A stretch of 52,602 nt of DNA from a bacterium (lineage in GTDB: Bacteria > SZUA-79 > Acidulodesulfobacterales > Acidulodesulfobacteraceae). Position numbers and translations under genes: made by a program. The notes beneath the pieces are model-generated. The model searched no databases. It saw only the letters and a program-made list of their open reading frames with translations, and was not told where the DNA came from. Shown piece after piece: positions 48,172 to 52,602 of this stretch. The stretch's first letter is position 1; each line of letters begins with the position of its first letter. The stretch lies in contig JAKAPT010000002.1 in the NCBI GenBank assembly GCA_021806885.1, forward strand, positions 1 to 52,602. The letters run 5' to 3'.

Positions 48172-48462
48172 CTAAATATGCATTGTTATTACGACGCCCA
48201 TCATGGCAATAACGATGCCCATTGTACCGAGCGTTATTTTGAACTGGCTCGAAAGCCTTCGATCCACCGAATCGATTTTTTCGTCGACCCTTTTGATCTC
48301 GGAACTAAGCTGTTTAATATCGGCGTCTATCCTGGCCTGAAAAGTGTTGAACTTCTCGGAGAACCACTTCTCCTGATATTCGAATTTGGTATCGAAATAT
48401 TTTTCAGGCGAAACAGAAAGGCCTGGGTCCATAAAAGATTCCTCTTTTTTAAATTCATCCAT
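48172..48462 (-). CDS. small coiled-coil protein with a C-terminal TM anchor (tail-anchored), function unknown
   Basis: 96 aa. The coiled-coil heptads run through FQARIDADIKQLSSEIKRVDEKIDSVDRRL and the protein ends in ITLGTMGIVIAMMGVVITMHI. Its stop is 7 nt before the queC GTG. Confidence 0.55.
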   Translation of the reverse strand: MDEFKKEESFMDPGLSVSPEKYFDTKFEYQEKWFSEKFNTFQARIDADIKQLSSEIKRVDEKIDSVDRRLSSQFKITLGTMGIVIAMMGVVITMHI

Positions 48463-48484
48463 GTTTCCGACGTCTTCCTTTTTT

Positions 48485-48493
48485 ATTATACCA
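48485..48493 (-). promoter_or_regulatory. candidate extended -10 promoter (TGgTATAAT) for the small-ORF/queC transcript
   Basis: Minus strand reads cttgaTGGTATAATaaaaaaGGAAGacgtcggaaacATG. Confidence 0.4.
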
Positions 48494-48593
48494 TCAAGAT
48501 TATTTTTTTTATATAATCTGTTTTATTTTTATTATAACGGGTAATTGTTACGATATTATGAAGGGTTTGTTGCAATTAAGTTAAATTTTACGC

Positions 48594-48636
48594 AAAAATA
48601 AAAACTCCCGGCAACCTCGTAAAAAGCTGCCGGGAG
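48594..48636 (-). terminator. rho-independent terminator after the cytochrome c gene
   Basis: Minus strand reads CUCCCGGCA-(14-nt loop)-UGCCGGGAG followed by UUUUUAUUUUU. Confidence 0.75.
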
Positions 48637-48667
48637 CGTGGAAATAAATAAATCGGGCACCTTTAAT

Positions 48668-49327
48668 TCATTTAAGAGACGAAAGATACCTTGCAAGGGC
48701 GTTCAGCTGGTATTCCGGCATATCCTTAAAATCCGGCATTATGACTAAAAATGTCTTTCCGCCCGCGCTGGCCGGCGTCCCGAGGATATAATGGCTTCCG
48801 GGATGAAGTATCTGGGCTTTTATCCACGCGAGGCTTCTTTTCGCGCCGACGGTCGAGAGGTCGGGGCCTACCGTTCCCCCTTTTCCGTTTATCTCGTGGC
48901 ATGAAATACAGTTATCCTGCTCGAAAACCATCTGGCCTTCCGTTATTTTAGAAGGGGCCTTTTGGGCCATCATTCCGGGGAAGTTTTTGACATACGCGGC
49001 AAGCGAGTCAAGGTCTCCCGCGGAAATATTTTTAAATCCGGGCATCCTGTTGATATAAGTCCTTCCGTTCACCGTAACCTCGGAGCCAACGGTAAAATGG
49101 CTTCCGGGATGAAGTATCTGATTTTTTATCCAGGAAAGGCTCCTTTTCTTTCCGACGCTGGACAGGTTCGGCCCTACCGTTCCGCCGTGCCCGTCTATCA
49201 CGTGGCAGTCTATGCAGTAGTATTCCTTGAACAGCCGCGGTCCCGAAGAAGAAGCAAAGACCGGTTTAACGTAAAAGAAGGATAGAATAAAAACAAGACA
49301 AGCAAAAATGCCGGATAAGTATTTCAT
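48668..49327 (-). CDS. periplasmic di-haem c-type cytochrome (two homologous class-I domains)
   Basis: Signal peptide ...KPVFA|SS. Two CxxCH sites (CIDCH, CISCH), each followed by GGTVGP(N/D)LS.VG.KRSL.WIK.QILHPGSH and a Met ligand region (RMPGF / IMPDF). Confidence 0.85.
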   Translation of the reverse strand: MKYLSGIFACLVFILSFFYVKPVFASSSGPRLFKEYYCIDCHVIDGHGGTVGPNLSSVGKKRSLSWIKNQILHPGSHFTVGSEVTVNGRTYINRMPGFKNISAGDLDSLAAYVKNFPGMMAQKAPSKITEGQMVFEQDNCISCHEINGKGGTVGPDLSTVGAKRSLAWIKAQILHPGSHYILGTPASAGGKTFLVIMPDFKDMPEYQLNALARYLSSLK

Positions 49328-49373
49328 TTTTTGCCCCCTTTAAATTAAGATTAAATATTATCTTTCCATTTTT

Positions 49374-49401
49374 ATTATATACCCGGTTTGCGCCATGTCA
49401 A
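49374..49401 (-). promoter_or_regulatory. sigma70-type promoter for the cytochrome c gene
   Basis: Minus strand reads TTGACA (49401-49396), a 16-nt spacer, TATAAT (49379-49374). Shine-Dalgarno GGGGG precedes the ATG at 49327. Confidence 0.55.
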
Positions 49402-49426
49402 TTAATAGTTGGACAATTAATAGTTG
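49399..49426. promoter_or_regulatory. two perfect 13-bp direct repeats (CAATTAATAGTTG) with 15-bp period, between and overlapping two divergent -35 boxes
   Basis: The repeats are 49399-49411 and 49414-49426. Each unit is itself 10/13 self-complementary. The first overlaps the cytochrome -35, and the second ends 3 nt before the plus-strand -35. Confidence 0.5.
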
Positions 49427-49429
49427 TTA

Positions 49430-49458
49430 TTGACATTTTCAAAAAGATGTAATAAATT
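49430..49458 (+). promoter_or_regulatory. candidate promoter for the PAS/GGDEF-pilin operon
   Basis: TTGACA (49430-49435), a 17-nt spacer, TAAATT (49453-49458). ATG at 49469 follows 10 nt later with no Shine-Dalgarno. Confidence 0.45.
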
Positions 49459-49468
49459 ATTTCATAAT

Positions 49469-50278
49469 ATGTCGGACGGCTCCATCAGCAATATAGATTA
49501 TGAAAAAACCTTCGGCGCCATAGCGGCTCCAATAGCCGTGAAGGACAACTTCGGAAGAATCCTGTATATGAACCGTCTGGCAAAAGAACTCTCCTCTATA
49601 GCCGTAAACGATATTTTCCCCACGGACTCCCACTTTACCGCGGAAGAAAAGATAGACATCAAGGAATCGGGGATTATCGACTACGAAATAAATGTCATCG
49701 GCCACGAAGGGGACGTTCAAAAAAGGTTCTATAAAATAACTACTTTCCCCCTCCTGAACGAAAGCGGTTTTTACGTGGCCACGGTCTACTTTTTTTATGA
49801 CAACACCCGGATTGCCGAAGACATATTGGGCATGTTAAGAGACATAAACGACGCCCGCTTCCATGATTTCCTCCCTAAGAAAAAGCTTGACAGGATACTT
49901 GCCGTCGAGGTGGAAAGGGCTTCAAGATATGAAACCCCCCTTTCTCTCGTCTCATTTAAATTCAAAGACTTCGTCGTTGGGGTCGGGGGCGTCGAAAATC
50001 CCCAGGAGGTCCTTAAGGGCTATATGAAATTTTTAAGGCCGCTTTTCAGGAAAACCGATTATTTTTTTGAGATGGGATACAACGATTTTCTCGGCATCCT
50101 TCCCCACACGAACAAGGAGCACGCGATAAAATCGATGGAAAAGGCCTCGAGAATTTCAAAGGAATTCCATATGAAGCACGATATTTTATTCAAGGTTGCC
50201 GAGTTTGATTTCACGAAACATCACAAGGATAGATTTTCCCTCGTAGAGGAAGCCAAAGAGGAAAGAGACAAAAAGTAA
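49469..50278 (+). CDS. PAS-like sensor fused to a degenerate GGDEF domain (GYNDF) that keeps an RxxD I-site
   Basis: A PAS-like N-terminus (IAVKDNFGRILYMNRLA...YFFYDNTRIAE). In the GGDEF fold the metal and active-site residues are replaced (FKFKDF for DxDxFK, GYNDF for GGDEF), but RKTD sits exactly 5 residues upstream. Start placed at ATG 49469, since the track's TTG 49424 lies in the promoter. Confidence 0.7.
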   Translation: MSDGSISNIDYEKTFGAIAAPIAVKDNFGRILYMNRLAKELSSIAVNDIFPTDSHFTAEEKIDIKESGIIDYEINVIGHEGDVQKRFYKITTFPLLNESGFYVATVYFFYDNTRIAEDILGMLRDINDARFHDFLPKKKLDRILAVEVERASRYETPLSLVSFKFKDFVVGVGGVENPQEVLKGYMKFLRPLFRKTDYFFEMGYNDFLGILPHTNKEHAIKSMEKASRISKEFHMKHDILFKVAEFDFTKHHKDRFSLVEEAKEERDKK

Positions 50279-50293
50279 TTCAGGTAAAACATC

Positions 50294-50953
50294 ATGCCCG
50301 GGAAGAGGGGATTCACCTTAATAGAGCTTTTGGTGGTAATAGCGATAATAGGCGTCCTCTCCGCTATCGCCGTCCCCACCTATTTAAGCTACCAGAACAG
50401 GGCGAAGGAGTCCGAGGCCAAAACCAACCTGGGCTCGCTGTTTACCGACGAAACCGCCTTTAACTCCACGAATTCATTTTACCTCGCGTTCGCGGACCCT
50501 TACGGCCACTTCACTCTAAGCGACGCCTGGCCTCAAAATACTTCCCTGGGCCTCCATTCATTTGCCAACGGCGGAATATTAACCGCTTTTCCGGGTTCCC
50601 CTTTCAAGTGCGACGCTTCAAACAAGGTTATCGAAAGCGATGGAATAACGCAGGCTCCCGCGACGGCCGGAGGCGGCGCCGCTACCCTGGGCTTTATAAT
50701 TTACGGGCAGGTGTATTACCTTTATTACGCGGAATATACGACGGGAGCCGTAACATCCCCGATGGTAAGCGCGAATACGGCCTATGGCGGCGCAACCATC
50801 GGTAAAACCTCGCCGCCGGCCGACGCCGACGGGTATTGCGGTTCCGGGTTCGTCGGACTGGCCGTCGGAAATATTACGGGGACTAATTACCAGGTCATCG
50901 CGAACAACAGCTACTCCCAGACCCAGGACTTCTACGACGGCTCCTCCTTCTGA
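50294..50953 (+). CDS. type IV pilin / pseudopilin-like protein (prepilin N-terminal cleavage/methylation domain)
   Basis: MPGKRG|FTLIELLVVIAIIGVLSAIAVPTYLSYQNRAKESEAKTNL, then a roughly 170-aa Gly/Ala/Thr/Tyr-rich globular part with two Cys. Lies 15 nt after the GGDEF-like gene. Confidence 0.85.
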   Translation: MPGKRGFTLIELLVVIAIIGVLSAIAVPTYLSYQNRAKESEAKTNLGSLFTDETAFNSTNSFYLAFADPYGHFTLSDAWPQNTSLGLHSFANGGILTAFPGSPFKCDASNKVIESDGITQAPATAGGGAATLGFIIYGQVYYLYYAEYTTGAVTSPMVSANTAYGGATIGKTSPPADADGYCGSGFVGLAVGNITGTNYQVIANNSYSQTQDFYDGSSF

Positions 50954-51099
50954 AATCTTAATTAGGAAACTATAAGCGCTATTTTTCTGATTGACGCTCT
51001 TGAGGTACTGGATTAAAATTAAAACATAAATAAATCGGCGGTTAAACCCATCTTATGCCGTTAGTGAATTATAAATTTAACTAACATTGCCGAGAAGCC

Positions 51100-51119
51100 C
51101 CCCTTCCGCGAGGGAGGGG
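51100..51119 (+). other. 8-bp GCGA-capped hairpin sharing its central 10 nt with the tusA-tatC hairpin
   Basis: CCCCUUCC-GCGA-GGGAGGGG. UCCGCGAGGG is identical to the minus-strand hairpin at 15871-15890, including a U-G pair at the same position. Confidence 0.4.
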
Positions 51120-51167
51120 TATTTCACGTTACAATAGAGGTTTGAAATAAGCTAAAAACATCCTGCT

Positions 51168-51467
51168 TTGCCGGCTAAGGCACCCCGGATAGCCTCCATA
51201 GACGGGCTTAAAAGTTTTTTAATCGATTTTTTTAAGGATTCCAAAGTAGAAATCTTTTTATTCGGTTCGAGGGCTTCGGGAAAATCGGTTAACACTTCCG
51301 ATATAGATATTGCATTTTTATCTGACGGCGATATTTCTTACAAATTATCCCTGTTAAGGGAAATATTGGACGACAGCAACCTTTCCCAAAAAGTCGATTT
51401 AATAGATTTAAAAAATGCGTCGTCGCTAAAAAGTATAGTCGAAACCGAAGGAATTAAATGGATTTAA
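51168..51467 (+). CDS. MNT-type nucleotidyltransferase-domain protein (no HEPN partner)
   Basis: VEIFLFGSRASGKSVNTSDIDIAF is the GS...D.D minimal NTase motif. TTG is the only available start, and there is no obvious Shine-Dalgarno. Confidence 0.65.
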   Translation: MPAKAPRIASIDGLKSFLIDFFKDSKVEIFLFGSRASGKSVNTSDIDIAFLSDGDISYKLSLLREILDDSNLSQKVDLIDLKNASSLKSIVETEGIKWI

Positions 51468-51600
51468 AAAAAAATTGTGAAGTTTCTAACGGTGAGTTAA
51501 GGTCGGGAGTAAGAGAATAAATAAATCTGAAACCTTTTTCACGGTTACAGGAAATCAAAGGGGTATAACTCATATAACATCACCAATCAGACTGACACGG

Positions 51601-51636
51601 AATATCTAACGCTTCCGAAATATCTAACGCTTCCGA
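51601..51636. repeat. perfect tandem duplication of an 18-mer (AATATCTAACGCTTCCGA x2)
   Basis: 51601-51618 equals 51619-51636 exactly. It lies in the noncoding gap downstream of the second MNT gene. Confidence 0.9.
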
Positions 51637-51689
51637 TAATTTTGCAAACGGTGAGCGCTTTTTTCTTTTTCTTCGCCCTTCGAACGCCT

Positions 51690-52049
51690 TTATCTTTCAA
51701 CATCTTTCACTTTATTGCCTGTTTTTAATATTTCTAGGGCTGGAGGATAAGTTTCGTTGAAATCTTTTTGAAGAAAGGAGTGAGGCTCGATGTCAAGGCT
51801 TATATTTCTTCTAAGTCTAGTAAGCAATAAATCAAAGTCATAATTGTCTAAACCGGCAATAAATTTTTTCATTACGACTGCAACATCGATATCGCTCCAT
51901 TTATTTGCCGTACCTTTTGCATAAGACCCGTAAATATAAACCTCTGCCGGATTGATTTTATTCTTTTTCAGTACGTCTATATATCTAAGGACTATATTAT
52001 AAACTGTTTGAATATCTAATCCTTTTCCGTTATCTTCTTTTTTAGCCAT
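51690..52049 (-). CDS. MNT-type nucleotidyltransferase-domain protein (no HEPN partner)
   Basis: VYIYGSYAKGTANKWSDIDVAVV. The coding sequence is very AT-rich. Confidence 0.8.
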   Translation of the reverse strand: MAKKEDNGKGLDIQTVYNIVLRYIDVLKKNKINPAEVYIYGSYAKGTANKWSDIDVAVVMKKFIAGLDNYDFDLLLTRLRRNISLDIEPHSFLQKDFNETYPPALEILKTGNKVKDVER

Positions 52050-52311
52050 TTCCTTAATCCTTTAATTGATTTGATATTGTCTTCGGTGAACTTCTTCGTA
52101 CATTTTTTATAAAAGGTCTTCTTGTAATCATCATATCTAACGCCTATATTAAATTTAGTAATGTTCTGCCTTTTTATTTTAATATATATCTTAATATTTA
52201 AATTATATTGTTATAATTATAACACGCAGGTATTACTAAATCAAATATTCTTTAAAGATTGTCAATGCAAAATAAAAATGTCCGCTTTTAGTTAAAATTA
52301 ATATTAAAAAT

Positions 52312-52357
52312 TAGGGCATTTCTACTTTGCTAAGAAGGGATATTATCACATTGCATA
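52312..52357 (-). repeat. copy B of the roughly 45-nt two-unit element
   Basis: Plus strand tagGGCATTTCTACTTTGCTaagaaGGGATATTATCACATTGCAt aligns with 47381-47428. It overlaps the last codons of the ORF at 52346. Confidence 0.7.
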
Positions 52358-52602
52358 CTGCTCATAAAAACTTTCCGCTTCCGATAATGCTTTTATGCGC
52401 GTATTATCATCCGTGAAGTCTTTTGTGCAAAGTACTTTGCCATTCTTTGCCGTTTCATAAACTATTACGGAATAATTGGTAACTCTTGCGGCTATTCCAT
52501 GTTTTACTATCTTTCCCGTCTTGCCGTCTTTAAATATTTCCGTCAACTTCTTGCCGGAACGTTCCTGTTTCGCTTTTATTTTAGGCTTAGATAAAAATAT
52601 AC
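52346..52602 (-). CDS. hypothetical protein, probably 5'-truncated by the window edge
   Basis: The track gives a 66-aa ORF from TTG 52546, but the frame stays open to nt 52602 (...SKPKIKAKQERSGKKLTEIFKDGKTGK...). I recognise no motif. Confidence 0.4.
   Translation of the reverse strand, partial: IFLSKPKIKAKQERSGKKLTEIFKDGKTGKIVKHGIAARVTNYSVIVYETAKNGKVLCTKDFTDDNTRIKALSEAESFYEQYAM

Noticed and set aside
48165-48600. I looked for a preQ1 riboswitch upstream of queC or of the small ORF
   Set aside because: Only 7 nt separate the small ORF from queC. The region upstream of the small ORF is an AT-rich promoter with no small hairpin followed by an A-rich tail and ACUA-type preQ1 motif that I could recognise.
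51460-51516. 18-codon ORF (MDLKKNCEVSNGELRSGVRE) overlapping the stop of the first MNT gene, considered as a HEPN toxin remnant
   Set aside because: It is far too short and has no Rx4-6H HEPN motif. I mention it only as context for the orphan-MNT finding.
51601-51636. I considered the tandem repeat as a CRISPR array
   Set aside because: There are only two 18-nt units with no spacers and no cas genes. It is a simple tandem duplication.

Overview
This 52.6-kb window comes from a moderately AT-rich bacterial chromosome. Gene content suggests a diderm, probably anaerobic organism (rubredoxin, several radical SAM enzymes, PolX), but I cannot name the taxon from sequence alone.

Nt 1-45,900 is tightly packed core housekeeping, much of it in long co-directional, often overlapping operons:
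- mreBC and a yhaM-like gene
- queA-holB-ricT-metG-tatD::rSAM, and tgt
- yajC-secD-secF-recJ, tatC, and a tusA-like gene
- a rodZ-like gene, a TPR lipoprotein, a PfkB kinase, mtnP, tsaC
- purD, purH, purE, gmhA, dgt
- a DksA-like factor with a histone-H1-like tail
- two OppD/OppF-like ATPases with no permease, and argS
- rubredoxin, a dsbA-like gene, thiD, polX, yggT
- a B12-binding radical SAM enzyme
- rpsF-rpsR-DUF2232-rplI-dnaB
- a ROK glucokinase, a Cache/HAMP/GAF/GGDEF cyclase, and thiE-thiC

Nt 45,900-52,602 is accessory-like. It holds:
- an AbiEi/AbiEii module whose toxin gene is truncated exactly where a type-II tRNA-like fragment begins
- queC with a tail-anchored coiled-coil protein
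- a di-haem cytochrome c transcribed divergently from a PAS/degenerate-GGDEF gene plus a lone type IV pilin gene; the two share an operator-like tandem repeat
- two solitary MNT-type nucleotidyltransferase genes in very AT-rich DNA with decayed repeats

I saw no rRNA, no intact tRNA, no CRISPR array, and no transposase or integrase.

Best candidates for something undescribed:
1. The cytochrome c / degenerate-GGDEF (I-site retained) / orphan pilin locus with its shared operator.
2. The TatD::radical-SAM fusion coupled to metG.
3. The H1-tail::DksA fusion.
4. The abiEii::tRNA-like junction.
5. A family of about 45-nt and 20-nt repeated or structured elements.

All calls rest on reading motifs by eye. 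No searches were run, so family names are recollections that need HMM or BLAST confirmation.
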